Assembly: GCA_965263165.1 (NCBI GenBank)
Contig: OZ253584.1
Span: forward strand, 64,178 to 128,177
Origin: Dehalococcoidia bacterium
Lineage (GTDB): Bacteria; Chloroflexota; Dehalococcoidia; Lucifugimonadales; SAR202-VII-2
DNA length: 64,000 nt
Direction of reading: 5' to 3'
Part shown: piece by piece, positions 52,198 to 62,309 of the stretch
Position numbering within the stretch: position 1 is the stretch's first letter
How the letters are laid out: every line of letters starts with the position of its first letter
The notes under the pieces: generated by a model
Databases searched by the model: none
The model's input: only the letters and a program-made list of their open reading frames with translations
Told to the model about the DNA's origin: nothing
Translations under genes and position numbers: made by a program

Positions 52198-52277
52198 TAT
52201 CCAGCAGTCTAACAAGGTTTGGTGGCGCTCACCCCCGAGGACTTGGTCCCTCGCGAACACCCGGTCCGGCGGCTGGC
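52198..52277 (+). pseudogene. IS5/IS1182-type transposase N-terminal remnant
   Basis: QQSN then (frameshift) LVALTPEDLVPREHPVRRL, resembling the P.D.VP.DHP.R N-terminus of these transposases. Confidence 0.45.
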
Positions 52278-52278
52278 C

Positions 52279-53829
52279 CTAACCGACCGGGGGTTGATTT
52301 CCCAGACCGCTGTCCCTTCCCGGCGGAAGCGGCGTGGTCTCACTGAAGAGCCAGGAATCGAAAAGGCCGTCCAGATCCCTGCCCGCAATCTCCTCAGCCA
52401 TAGCCACAAGATCCTCGGTTGTCACGTTGCCCCCGGCATGGCGGGACACATACTCGCGCAGCGTCTTGAAAAACGCCTCGTCGCCGATTTCGCCGCGCAG
52501 TGCGTGGAGGGCCATTGCGCCTCTCTCATAGACGCCGCCGCTGAAAAGGGCGCCGGGTTCGGGATTCGCCGGCGGCCCGTAGGCAGGATACCAGACCATC
52601 TCCCAGAACCCCTCGAAACCGCCGCCGCCGGACTTGTGGTCTAACCACAGCCACTCAGCGTAGGTGGCGAACCCTTCGTTCAGCCACAAGTCCTGCCACG
52701 ACGCGGGAGTAAGCAGGTTCCCAAACCACTGGTGCGCCAACTCGTGGGCTATCAACCTCTCGCCAAAAGACTCCAGGGCCTGTATCCCGTAGACGGGCCG
52801 GGGTTGGGTTTCTAGCGGCGGGATTGCCTCATCAATGACGACGGAGCCGGTGGACTCGAATGGATACGGCCCGAACAAATCATTGAAAAAATCGATTATC
52901 AAAGGGACGCTATCCAGACTGCTCCTTGCGGATTCGTCTATTGACGCTTCAACCGAGTCAACGACAGTTATCCCCCCAGGACTTTCACTGGCGTCGTCGT
53001 TAAACTGAGCGACCGCCAGGAACGCCAGATAGCTGGCCATCTCATGGACGCTTTCCCATACGTATGTCACAGTCTTCCCGTGGTCGGTCGTACTGGTCAA
53101 TTCACCGTTTGAGACCGCTTCATAGGGCTCGGGCGCCGTGATGATGAAGGTGTACAGGGCTTTATCGGATGGATGCTCATTGACCGGGAGCCAATGGGAC
53201 GCCCCCCAGGGTTCGCCGTACGCAATTATCCCGGTCTCGTAGTTTATCCAGCCGACTAGGACACTTGTTCCAGGCACAGAACTGGTCGAAGGCTGACCCT
53301 CGTAAGAGACCGTGGCATTGAAGGTCGTTCCCACAGGGATCGGCGCACCGGGCTCGATTGTCAGCTCGTATCCGGCGCGAGAGTGGTCGGCTGGGAGGCC
53401 ATCCACGGCAACCTGCGTAACCGTCAAGCCTCGAAAGTCCAGATTGAATGAGGAGAGGTCCTGTGTTGCGTCAGCTTCGATTTGAGTCCGGCCCGAAATC
53501 TCGTTGGCGTCTACGTCGATGTCGAGGGTTACCGTGTAGCGGGAAACGTCATATCCGCCGTTGCCCAGCCCGGGAAAGAGAGGGTCGTCCAGCCCCGTCG
53601 CGCCAGGACGAGCGGTCCGAATTGGCGTGGGCGTCGGTTCCCGCGTCGGGGTGGCTGTCGGCTCCGGAGTCGGGGTAGGTATATCTCCGTCATCACATGC
53701 CGACAGCAAGGCTGCGGCCACCAAACACAACAGGCCAATCCATGCCAGCCTGTAGACAGTTCTTGGTAAGTTGATCGATACTCGGGACGCGAGCGCCAAT
53801 ATAGTCACCCGATGCGCACTCCCTTCCAC
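52279..53829 (-). CDS. M1 family metallo-aminopeptidase lipoprotein
   Basis: HELAHQWFG..WLNEGFATY, GNGGYDV, HPSDKA, LLSAC lipobox; start uncertain. Confidence 0.9.
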   Translation of the reverse strand: MEGSAHRVTILALASRVSINLPRTVYRLAWIGLLCLVAAALLSACDDGDIPTPTPEPTATPTREPTPTPIRTARPGATGLDDPLFPGLGNGGYDVSRYTVTLDIDVDANEISGRTQIEADATQDLSSFNLDFRGLTVTQVAVDGLPADHSRAGYELTIEPGAPIPVGTTFNATVSYEGQPSTSSVPGTSVLVGWINYETGIIAYGEPWGASHWLPVNEHPSDKALYTFIITAPEPYEAVSNGELTSTTDHGKTVTYVWESVHEMASYLAFLAVAQFNDDASESPGGITVVDSVEASIDESARSSLDSVPLIIDFFNDLFGPYPFESTGSVVIDEAIPPLETQPRPVYGIQALESFGERLIAHELAHQWFGNLLTPASWQDLWLNEGFATYAEWLWLDHKSGGGGFEGFWEMVWYPAYGPPANPEPGALFSGGVYERGAMALHALRGEIGDEAFFKTLREYVSRHAGGNVTTEDLVAMAEEIAGRDLDGLFDSWLFSETTPLPPGRDSGLGNQPPVG

Positions 53830-53865
53830 GAAGCCCTGCTAACTCTGCAATTCTATAACAATAAA

Positions 53866-53906
53866 CTGAACCGCAACGTAAAAATCCTCGCTCTTGTCCA
53901 GTCTGG
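53866..53906. repeat. 41-bp intergenic repeat, copy 1
   Basis: 35/41 identical to copy 3 and 32/41 to copy 2. Confidence 0.75.
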
Positions 53907-54095
53907 TGGCCGCGATCTACCCCTGAGTCACATCTCATACTCCAGCGTCATTTCGTGCTCCTCGGCATGTCCCGCAGAGAACCCGCCAGTACCCGAAAGC
54001 CATGCAGAGGCGCCCTACCCGTTTAGGCTGCGCAAATAGTCCCACAGGGTCAACAACCGCGCCGCGGATAGTATTCAGCAACCCATAGGCCAATA

Positions 54096-54647
54096 CTACG
54101 GTGCCTCGACCATCTCCAGCAGTGTGAGGACGGTCCGCCAGTTCCGCATGGTGCTCGCGGTTTGCAACTGCGCGGCAAGGTACTCATTCGTCAGCTTGCT
54201 TCGGGCGACGCCGTTGGGATAGTGAAGGTGGACGTTGCGTCCTCGCACCGCAAACGCGTCCGGCGGCGAACGCTGGGGGTCGAGACGGGATACCGCTTCG
54301 GGGCCGGGCGTGTCCTCGAGAAATGCCACTTGGAGGAATCGCGGATCGCCGGAAGTATCGAAGGGGTTTGTTGCCGCGACCTGCCGCAGTTCCTCGCTCG
54401 AACGCACGATGACTGCCGTCTCGTAGCCAAACCGCTGGCGAATGGCCCGATTCACAATCTCAGGCGCCCGTTCGGCCAAGTCCGGCGCTGCTTCGAACAC
54501 GACATTCCCGCTCTGAATGTAGGTCTGCGCCGCCGCGCAGCCGGCCGCAGTGAAGATGTCTCTCAGATCCGCCATCGGCAGCTTGTTCTTGCCGCTGACG
54601 TTGACGCCTCGAAGAAGGGCAACATACCGCTGCTGGCCTGTCGTCAC
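54096..54647 (-). CDS. DUF1697 family protein
   Basis: YVALLRGVNVSG, TYIQSGNVVF, TMRNWRTV. Confidence 0.9.
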   Translation of the reverse strand: MTTGQQRYVALLRGVNVSGKNKLPMADLRDIFTAAGCAAAQTYIQSGNVVFEAAPDLAERAPEIVNRAIRQRFGYETAVIVRSSEELRQVAATNPFDTSGDPRFLQVAFLEDTPGPEAVSRLDPQRSPPDAFAVRGRNVHLHYPNGVARSKLTNEYLAAQLQTASTMRNWRTVLTLLEMVEAP

Positions 54648-54745
54648 AGTTGATTCACCCTGTCGGACCATGCTCGGCCTCCCGCTCACGACAACTCAGG
54701 CTTGCGCCTCACCGGGCTGCGTTAGCACCGATCACAAAGGCCAAC

Positions 54746-54786
54746 CTGAACCTCAGCCTGAAGGTTCTCGCTCCTGTCCAGTCTCG
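54746..54786. repeat. 41-bp intergenic repeat, copy 2
   Basis: CTGAACCTCAGCCTGAAGGTTCTCGCTCCTGTCCAGTCTCG. Confidence 0.65.
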
Positions 54787-54793
54787 CGAGTCG

Positions 54794-55921
54794 TCAATTC
54801 GACAGGAACAGATCGGGAACATCTTTGTCGGGAACGACCGCCTTAGCGATGACCGCACGGCCATCTTGCCAGAGTTCACCTACGGGCTTTATGGTGTCGC
54901 TCTTGTAGCCGTAAAAGAGGTCGCTGATGTCCGGCTGGTTAGACAGAAGATCAATGGCTTCCTCTAAATTGGCGTCCTCTGCGAACTCAAAGTAAGCGTA
55001 TATGGTGCTGGTCTCACCGTCGTTAAGGAAGCCTGCATGGGCATAAAATGTGGGGGGCGGCGGTGAAGAACCGTCACCCTGCCCGTCCTCCAAGGCGCCG
55101 GCAACTAGAAAGTCTACGCGGTCTATGTGGCTGAGCAGCCCCGCCAGAGACGCGTCGAGATCTCCGCCGTCTAGGTGCCGGTCTATGGTTTCTCTAAGGA
55201 GATCCGGGCTGTCAGCCAACAAGAGAGTCTCGGAGTCGGGGACGGCTATGAAGAGGTCGTCATGCCAGGGAAAGACAAACAGTTCCAAGCCGCGATAGGG
55301 ATCGATGACTCCTGGAGGATCGAAGCGGCTGTTGGCATCTGCTAGGGAAGGCGCTTCCCTAAGCACTTCTGAGAATCCTTCAAAGTTGCCCAAGAGAATA
55401 GTAGCGCTGGCATTATCATTGTTGGTGGTTGCAAATGCGATACTTTCGATCTCGCCGGAGGCCAAGAGGTCCGATCCAATTAAGCCATAGGTTCTCTTGG
55501 ACAGTTCTTCGAATCCGTACTCGACCTCCTGACGCATAGAAGACCGCTGCCAGACCAGCTCGACCTCGGCGAAAATGAAGATTAAGCTACCCGTAGGCAG
55601 GAGACTCAGCAGCCTAGCCGGATTGCTCGCCGCCGATTCGTCAGATGGCCCTCCGGTGGGGTTGGCGCCGTCGGCATCGCACGCTGAGGTCAAGTCGCCA
55701 ATCTCCCCGCAGTAGGCCGCAATCTCGGCCTCCGTGAGGTCAGACCCTCCGCTACCCTCCTGGGTCACGGTTGACGTGGGGATGGCCGTGGCCTCGGACC
55801 CACTACTGCCGTTTTGGGACACAGTTTGTGTGGGGGAGTCCCCACCTCCGCAAGCTATCGCTATCAGTACGATGACGGCGCCGGCCAATACCAGTCGCAA
55901 CTTTTCGCCTCCTTCACTCAC
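54794..55921 (-). CDS. Hypothetical acidic lipoprotein
   Basis: IAIAC lipobox, long ORF, no family recognised. Confidence 0.7.
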   Translation of the reverse strand: MSEGGEKLRLVLAGAVIVLIAIACGGGDSPTQTVSQNGSSGSEATAIPTSTVTQEGSGGSDLTEAEIAAYCGEIGDLTSACDADGANPTGGPSDESAASNPARLLSLLPTGSLIFIFAEVELVWQRSSMRQEVEYGFEELSKRTYGLIGSDLLASGEIESIAFATTNNDNASATILLGNFEGFSEVLREAPSLADANSRFDPPGVIDPYRGLELFVFPWHDDLFIAVPDSETLLLADSPDLLRETIDRHLDGGDLDASLAGLLSHIDRVDFLVAGALEDGQGDGSSPPPPTFYAHAGFLNDGETSTIYAYFEFAEDANLEEAIDLLSNQPDISDLFYGYKSDTIKPVGELWQDGRAVIAKAVVPDKDVPDLFLSN

Positions 55922-55998
55922 CGCTTCCCCACGGATGACTCACTATAACAGTGCGTCCGTAGCCCGGCCCTCGCCGGAACACCATGCACAGCATCAAG

Positions 55999-56039
55999 CT
56001 GAACCGCAACGTGAAAATCCTCGCTCCAGTACAGCCAGG
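55999..56039. repeat. 41-bp intergenic repeat, copy 3
   Basis: CTGAACCGCAACGTGAAAATCCTCGCTCCAGTACAGCCAGG. Confidence 0.75.
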
Positions 56040-56112
56040 TGAACTTCCCAGGAGCCTTATTACAGGCGCGACGCGAAAGAATCCCCCCGCCCCCTGAAGC
56101 CCCGGCGAACTC

Positions 56113-57003
56113 CTACCTCCGCCGCAGGGGGTCCCACAGCACCGATCGGGTCCACAGCCCCAGCGTCAGCGCAACCTTCGACGGCGTGCTCAACCGGACC
56201 CGCTCGCTGAAGACGTCATAGCCGCGGGCCTCGATGCGGTCCAGGATGCGCCAGTACAGGCCCTGAAGCACGCTGACGCAGGCCCGCGAACGCAACGGCA
56301 GCAGCGGCAGCAGGTTGCGGCCGTTGCTGGAAAGAGCGCGGGCCCGCTCCACCTGGAAGGCCATCATCTCCCGAAACCGGTCGTTGACCACGCCGTTCCG
56401 CAGCTCCTCTTCACCATAGCCGTACCGGGCCAACTCCTCCTGAGGTAGGTACACCCTGTCCCGCTGAGCATCTTCCTGCAGGTCGCGGAGAATGTTGGCG
56501 AGCTGCATCCCCAGCCCCAGGTCTACCGCATACTCGCGGGCCGACGGGTGGCTGTACCCGAAGATCTGTATGCAGACCAGGCCCACGGTCGACGCCACCC
56601 CGTAGCAATACTCCCGCAACTCGTCAAACGTCTCATAGCGGCGCTTGCTCAGGTCAACCATAACCCCAGCCACAATGTCGTCGAAGTACTCGCGTGGAAT
56701 GTCGAATGTCCGCGCCGCATCCATCACAGCCGGCAACACCGGGCCCGACGGCGCCCCGTCGTAGGCCCTCCGTAGGTCCTCCCGCAGCTCATCCAGGGCG
56801 GCGGCCTGCCCATCAAGGGACAGCTCGGCGCCGTCCGTGATGTCGTCGCACAGGCGGCAGAAGGCGTAGGCCGCGTAGATCGCCGAACGTTGCCGGGGAG
56901 GCAGCGTAATGAAGGCGAAGTAGAAGTTCTTGGCCTGCTCGCGGGTGAGCTCCCGGCAGTGCCGGTAGGCCTCGACGATCTCTGGAGCAGCCGTGGGACC
57001 CAT
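56113..57003 (-). CDS. hpnD: Presqualene diphosphate synthase (squalene/phytoene synthase family)
   Basis: AKNFYFAF, YAFCRLCDDITD, QLANILRDLQED, RVYLP. Confidence 0.82.
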   Translation of the reverse strand: MGPTAAPEIVEAYRHCRELTREQAKNFYFAFITLPPRQRSAIYAAYAFCRLCDDITDGAELSLDGQAAALDELREDLRRAYDGAPSGPVLPAVMDAARTFDIPREYFDDIVAGVMVDLSKRRYETFDELREYCYGVASTVGLVCIQIFGYSHPSAREYAVDLGLGMQLANILRDLQEDAQRDRVYLPQEELARYGYGEEELRNGVVNDRFREMMAFQVERARALSSNGRNLLPLLPLRSRACVSVLQGLYWRILDRIEARGYDVFSERVRLSTPSKVALTLGLWTRSVLWDPLRRR

Positions 57004-57033
57004 GCTCGACCCCCGGGGCGCAACGCGCCTCCG

Positions 57034-57921
57034 CTAGACCAGGTTTCGACGGGTCAGCAGCTTCAGTAGAGTGGAGACTATCAGGCCCGCCTTGCGCCTG
57101 GAGGACACCACGGGGCGTTGGGACAGAACGTCGTAGCCCTGCCTCTCGATGGCGTCCAGCACGCTCAGACCTCCCATGCTGAACAGCGCCACGTCCAGCT
57201 TCGCCCTGCCGCGCATCAGGTCCACCAGCGGCAACCCCTCGTGGAACAGGGCGCGAGCCCGTTCCACCTCGAAGGCCATCAGCCTGCGGAAGTTGTCGTT
57301 GGCCGCGCCCCCAAGGAGCTCCTCCTCTGTGTAGCCGAACCGCTCCATGTCCTCCAGGGGAATGTAGATGCGCCCCATCTCCCCATCCCGGGCCGCGTCC
57401 TGCCAGAAATTGGCCAGTTGAAGCCCAATGCAGGTGGCGTCGGACAACCGCTGGCTCTCGGCGTCCCGGCGCCCCAGAAGGTGGAGGACCAGCCGGCCCA
57501 CCGGCGTCGCCGAATGACGGCAGTAGTGCAGCAAGTCCTCATACGTGGCGAAACGGCCGCTTCCCTGGTCCATCCTGTTCGCCTCGACGAGGCGAAGGAA
57601 GAGTTCCATAGAGATGTCGAAGGCCCGAATCGTCTGCTGCAAAGCGATCAGGTAGGGGTGCTCCGGCGTTCCCTCGTAGCAACGCCGCAGGTCGGCTTCC
57701 CATTCGTCCAGCAGGGCCAACCGATTTCCGGGGGCCTCGTCGCCCAGGTCGTCGACATAACGGCAGAAGGCGTAGACGGCGTGGAAATGCGGGCGCAACG
57801 GCCGGGGCAGGAACCAGGAAACGACTGTGAAGTTCTCGTAGTGGGTGCGGGTCAGCCGCTCGCAGTGAGCGTAGGCCTCTTCGATCGACGCGCTCGCCGG
57901 ACCGGCCGTCGCCGGCTTCAT
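57034..57921 (-). CDS. hpnC: Squalene synthase HpnC
   Basis: HYENFTVVS, DDLGDE, YCRHSATPVGR, QLANFWQD. Confidence 0.88.
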   Translation of the reverse strand: MKPATAGPASASIEEAYAHCERLTRTHYENFTVVSWFLPRPLRPHFHAVYAFCRYVDDLGDEAPGNRLALLDEWEADLRRCYEGTPEHPYLIALQQTIRAFDISMELFLRLVEANRMDQGSGRFATYEDLLHYCRHSATPVGRLVLHLLGRRDAESQRLSDATCIGLQLANFWQDAARDGEMGRIYIPLEDMERFGYTEEELLGGAANDNFRRLMAFEVERARALFHEGLPLVDLMRGRAKLDVALFSMGGLSVLDAIERQGYDVLSQRPVVSSRRKAGLIVSTLLKLLTRRNLV

Positions 57922-57931
57922 GTCACTACCC

Positions 57932-58435
57932 CTAGCATCCAATAACCTGGACGAGGACTTCCCGCTCGCGGGGCCTGTCCAACTCCACCAGGAAGATGCG
58001 CTGCCACTTCCCCAGAAGCAGCTCCGCTCCCATGACGGGGATGAACTCGCTCGTGCCCATGACGAGGTGCTGGCAGTGGGCGTGGCCGTTGGGACACTCG
58101 TCCTCTTCCATGTTCACGGTGCGAATCGTAAAGTCGTTGTGCAGGTAGTAGGCGTCTTTCGGCGAGATGTTCTCCAAGAACCGCTCCATATCCTTGATCA
58201 GCAGCGGCTCGTGTTCGTTCACCTTGATAGCCGCGGTCGTATGCCGGGAAAACACCACGGTGAACCCCGCGTTGATCCCCGCCCTCTTCACGAACTCCCG
58301 CACCTCGTCCGTGATGTCCACAAACTCCGGGGCGCGCGTGGTCTCGGTCTTGATGCTAAAGATCTGAGCATCCCAGCCAACCTGACCATTGCTCACGGCG
58401 GTGGATAGAAGACGGGAGTTCATCATGTTGATCAC
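57932..58435 (-). CDS. YjbQ/UPF0047 family protein
   Basis: HTTAAIKVNE, NGHAH, LGKWQRIFLVELD. Confidence 0.88.
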   Translation of the reverse strand: MINMMNSRLLSTAVSNGQVGWDAQIFSIKTETTRAPEFVDITDEVREFVKRAGINAGFTVVFSRHTTAAIKVNEHEPLLIKDMERFLENISPKDAYYLHNDFTIRTVNMEEDECPNGHAHCQHLVMGTSEFIPVMGAELLLGKWQRIFLVELDRPREREVLVQVIGC

Positions 58436-58515
58436 CCTTGCGCTCCAGGAATTCAGTCTCTAGGCCCCCGGGAAGGCCGGCGGCGGGCCGGTCCTTACTC
58501 GAGAGCGTTGCGTCG

Positions 58516-60579
58516 TTAGTTTGTTCTCACCGGCTCCGGCGAAAATGCTCCTTGCGTCCGCTGCCCAATGCGCCTTCGATACCGACCCAGGGCCATGAGA
58601 GGAAAGTAGTTCCTGTACATATGATAGTTAATCATGAACCCCGCGGATAGCTCTTCCCCTTGGAAGTTGCGTTCCCCCTCCTGAGGCAGGCGGTCCGGCT
58701 GGTCGCCGATACCGTACCCCGGAAAGCCGCAGCCGGTAAAGTAAGGCTCGTCCCAGGCGCCATCGTCCTTCTGGGTTTCCGCCAGGAACGCAGCGCCCCG
58801 CTCCATCGCCGGGTGCTCGCTCAACCCGGCGGCCAACAAGGCCATCAGCGCCCACCCCGTCTGGGAGGGCGTGCTCTCTCCCACCCCTCGCAGCCGAGGG
58901 TCAACATAGGAGGCGCAGGTCTCGCCCCAGCCCCCATCGTCGTTCTGGTGGGCCAACAGCCACTCCACGGCGCGCCGCACCGCCGGTTGCGACATGTCCT
59001 CCCCTAGAGCCTCCAGGGCCGGCAGCACCGCCCCACAACCGTAGAGGCAGTTGACTCCCCAGCGGCCAAACCACGAGCCGTCGTCCTCCTGGCGAGCCAA
59101 GATGAACTCCAGCCCGCGGCGCACAGCCGGGTGCTCCCGGGTATATCCCAAGCGTCCTAGCATCTCCAGGACGTGCGCCGTCACGTCCACGCTGGGCGGG
59201 TCCAGGACCTCCCCAAAGTCGGCAAAGGGGATTTTGGCCACCAGCTTGGCGTCGTTGTCCTTGTCGAAGGCAGCCCACCCTCCATTGCTGCTCTGCATCG
59301 CCAGGGTCCATTCGACCCCGCGGCGGACCGCCGCCCGGCGCTGCTCTTCCTCCTCCTCCGGCAACCGGCACAGGTCCAACCCAATCAGGATGACCGCCGT
59401 GTCGTCCACGTCCGGGTACAGGTCGTTCTCGAACTCGAAGGCCCAGCCGCTTGGCTCCACGCCCTTCACCTTCTTAGCCCAGTCGCCAGGGACCCGTATC
59501 TCTTCCTTGAGGAGATAGCGGCAGGCCTCTTGGAGCGCCGGATGGTCGGGCGGCATGTCCGAATCCAGCATCGCCATCAATGCCAGGCACGTGTCCCACA
59601 CCGGCGACACGCAGGCCTGCACCCGCAGAGCCGACCCATCCTGGTACTCAAAGCTCCAATTGTCCTTGAAGCCCTCTACCCCCAGCTTCATCACCGGATG
59701 CTCCAAGTCATAGCCCCGGTGCTTCAGCGCCAACAGCGCGTAGACCCACGGCGGCTGAATGCCGCCCCAGCTTCCGTCCGCCTCCTGATGCTCCACAATC
59801 CACCGCTCCGCCCGGCGCCGGGACAGCTCCCGCAGCGGATGGAACGGCAGCTTGTTGTAAAACTGCACAGCCTTATCGGCGGCCAGGAATGCGCTCTCCA
59901 GACTGAGAAGTCCTCCGCGCCGGGGCAGGGAGTATTTCACGCTTTCCCGCGGCTCGGGATATAGCTCGTCGATGCCCATCTCGTCTGGGATCAGATAGAC
60001 CGGGCGGTCTGTCAGCAGGATGAGCATGGGAACAATTGTGGCCCGCGCCCAGGAGGAAAAGCTGTAGATATTGAACGGCGCCCAGGAGGGCAGCAACATC
60101 AGCTCCGGCGGCATCGCCGGCGTCCCATCCCAGTCCCACTGCCCAAACAGGGCCAGCCATATCTTGGTGAAGACTCGGACGTTCGGTACTCCGCCCCTTG
60201 AAAGGATGAATTCCTTGGCCCGGACCATCGCCGGCTCGTCCGCTCGGTCGCCGGCCAGCTTCAGGGCAAAGTAGCACTCCACCGAGGTCGAAAGGTCTCC
60301 CGACGCCCCGAAGTACATCCGCCAGGACCCATCCTCTCGTTGACGATTCCGAATGTCCTGGGCAATTTTGCGCCACCGCTCCTCTTCCACGTCCCCCAGA
60401 AGGTAGGAGAGCATCAGGTGCTCCGCTTCCATGGTGGGGTTGGACTCCAACTCCCCCCACCAGTACCCTTCCGGGTACTGGACGCGCAGGAAGTACTCCT
60501 GCGAGCGGTTGATCGTCGAGCTCAGCCGCTCGGGCAGGCCCTTCGATATGGATGGCATCTTCCTCTCTCGCATGCTCAT
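58516..60579 (-). CDS. shc: Squalene--hopene cyclase
   Basis: YPDVDDTA (DxDD), multiple Q.xDG.W repeats, SPVWDT, GGWAAFD, FTGCGFP. Confidence 0.95.
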   Translation of the reverse strand: MSMRERKMPSISKGLPERLSSTINRSQEYFLRVQYPEGYWWGELESNPTMEAEHLMLSYLLGDVEEERWRKIAQDIRNRQREDGSWRMYFGASGDLSTSVECYFALKLAGDRADEPAMVRAKEFILSRGGVPNVRVFTKIWLALFGQWDWDGTPAMPPELMLLPSWAPFNIYSFSSWARATIVPMLILLTDRPVYLIPDEMGIDELYPEPRESVKYSLPRRGGLLSLESAFLAADKAVQFYNKLPFHPLRELSRRRAERWIVEHQEADGSWGGIQPPWVYALLALKHRGYDLEHPVMKLGVEGFKDNWSFEYQDGSALRVQACVSPVWDTCLALMAMLDSDMPPDHPALQEACRYLLKEEIRVPGDWAKKVKGVEPSGWAFEFENDLYPDVDDTAVILIGLDLCRLPEEEEEQRRAAVRRGVEWTLAMQSSNGGWAAFDKDNDAKLVAKIPFADFGEVLDPPSVDVTAHVLEMLGRLGYTREHPAVRRGLEFILARQEDDGSWFGRWGVNCLYGCGAVLPALEALGEDMSQPAVRRAVEWLLAHQNDDGGWGETCASYVDPRLRGVGESTPSQTGWALMALLAAGLSEHPAMERGAAFLAETQKDDGAWDEPYFTGCGFPGYGIGDQPDRLPQEGERNFQGEELSAGFMINYHMYRNYFPLMALGRYRRRIGQRTQGAFSPEPVRTN

Positions 60580-60585
60580 AGCCCC

Positions 60586-61611
60586 CTACAGCATCTGCGT
60601 GACTTTGCGGTTCTCCAGCCAGGGCAGGCTCTCCACGTAGCCGTTGCCCGCAAACCAGGCCACTGATCTCTCAAATGCTTCCTCAATGGACGACTGTGGC
60701 AAACCAAGCTCTTCAACGGCCTTGGAAGCATCCGCGTAGGCATACTTTCGAGCCGTCTTGACTCCCTCCAAAGGTATCTCCGGCGCCCGCCTCAGAAGGT
60801 AACCCTCTATCCACGTGTCCAGATAGCTGAGCGCGAGGGCCACCGGTACGGGAATCTTCAACCTTGGCGGCCTCTTCCCGGCGATCTTCGCCAGCAGGTC
60901 GAAGGCCTCCTTCAAGGTCATGTTGCGATTGCCCAAGATGTACCGCTCCCCCGACCTGCCCTTCTCCCACGCAAGCAGGTGTCCCTGGGCCACGTCCTCC
61001 ACGTCCACCACGTTCAGGCCCGTGTCCACGTACGCAGGCAGCCGCCCGCTCAGAAAATCCACGATGACCTTCCCCGTGGGAGTCGGCTTGACGTCTCCCG
61101 CGCCGATCGGGAAGGTGGGGTTCACGATCACCACGTCCAGGCCCTGCCTGAAGAAGTCCCGCGCCACCTCCTCCGCTTCCCACTTCGACCGCTTGTAGGG
61201 GCCCGATAGCCGCTTAGGCTCTGGGAACCATGTCTCGTCGGCAACCTCTCGCCCGTTGGTCTGAGCCACCGCGGCCACGCTCGACGTGTGCACAACCCGC
61301 CGTACCCCCATGTCCCCGGCGGCCTGAAGGACATTCCGCGTGCCCTCCACGTTGACCTGCCGGATGACCTCGGCCTTCACCGTTAGGGAATAGAGGCCGG
61401 CGACGTGGAACACCGCGTCGCATTCCGTCATTGCCTCTCGCAACGACCCCTCGTCCAGCAGGTCCCCGCGGACCTCCTCGACCTCGACGTCGCCTGCGTT
61501 CAGGGCGCCGCCGCTCCGCACGAGGGCCCGGACTTCAACGCCCGCCTCAACCAGGGCACGGGCCACCGCGCCCCCAACGAAACCCGTCGCCCCTGTGACA
61601 AGCGCCCTCAT
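60586..61611 (-). CDS. hpnA: Hopanoid-associated sugar epimerase
   Basis: LVTGATGFVG, YKRSK, DVKPTPTG; adjacent to shc. Confidence 0.85.
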   Translation of the reverse strand: MRALVTGATGFVGGAVARALVEAGVEVRALVRSGGALNAGDVEVEEVRGDLLDEGSLREAMTECDAVFHVAGLYSLTVKAEVIRQVNVEGTRNVLQAAGDMGVRRVVHTSSVAAVAQTNGREVADETWFPEPKRLSGPYKRSKWEAEEVARDFFRQGLDVVIVNPTFPIGAGDVKPTPTGKVIVDFLSGRLPAYVDTGLNVVDVEDVAQGHLLAWEKGRSGERYILGNRNMTLKEAFDLLAKIAGKRPPRLKIPVPVALALSYLDTWIEGYLLRRAPEIPLEGVKTARKYAYADASKAVEELGLPQSSIEEAFERSVAWFAGNGYVESLPWLENRKVTQML

Positions 61612-62309
61612 GGCGTCACCCCTGCACTGGCGGCCAGCGCGGGCAGGACGACCCCGGCGCCCCTCTTCAGGGAGCGCCGCGCCTTTCGGGAAGCGAGCCC
61701 AAGTCGCACCAGGTTCGGAATCCCCGATGGCGTCGTCAGCGCATATCCCAGGGCGGGGAGAACCCAATCCCGGACTCCCCGTCCCTCCTTGCCCGCCACG
61801 AAGGGAGGCAGCGCCCTGTCAACAGGATCCACCACCGCCCGGAGGGCCAGCCAGGGCAACCCCGCAGCCTGCGCCTCCCAGGCTATCCAGTAGCTCTCCA
61901 TATCAACAACCGCCGCCCCCGTCCGCTGTCCCAGCGCCGCTTTGCTCTCAACAGTCCAAGCCGCGCCATCGACCGTCACACAGTCCCCCAACTCGTAGGA
62001 GATGCCGCTCAGGGCCAACCGCTCCGCCGCCGCTTCCAGAAGCAGGCGGTCTCCGTTCAACGTAGGCTCACCCTCGCAATGAAGGCTTGGGCTCAGCGCC
62101 AGCGCCCCCGCCGTCAGCCCCTCCCGGAGCCCTCCCCCATATCCCAGGCTCAGGACGGCGTCAGGACGGCTGGCCTCCAGCACGCCCCTCGCGACCTGTT
62201 GGGCCGCCTCGCGGCCAACCCCAGTAACCGCCCCCACGACGCCGTCCCCGGCGCTACGCAGGTTGGGGAGCTCCTCTTGGAGGGCCGCTATGACGGCAAT
62301 CATAGTCAT
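61608..62309 (-). CDS. hpnG: Hopanoid-associated nucleoside phosphorylase
   Basis: TGVG, SLGYGGGL, VVDMES, LRAVVD; gene context. Confidence 0.75.
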   Translation of the reverse strand: MTMIAVIAALQEELPNLRSAGDGVVGAVTGVGREAAQQVARGVLEASRPDAVLSLGYGGGLREGLTAGALALSPSLHCEGEPTLNGDRLLLEAAAERLALSGISYELGDCVTVDGAAWTVESKAALGQRTGAAVVDMESYWIAWEAQAAGLPWLALRAVVDPVDRALPPFVAGKEGRGVRDWVLPALGYALTTPSGIPNLVRLGLASRKARRSLKRGAGVVLPALAASAGVTP

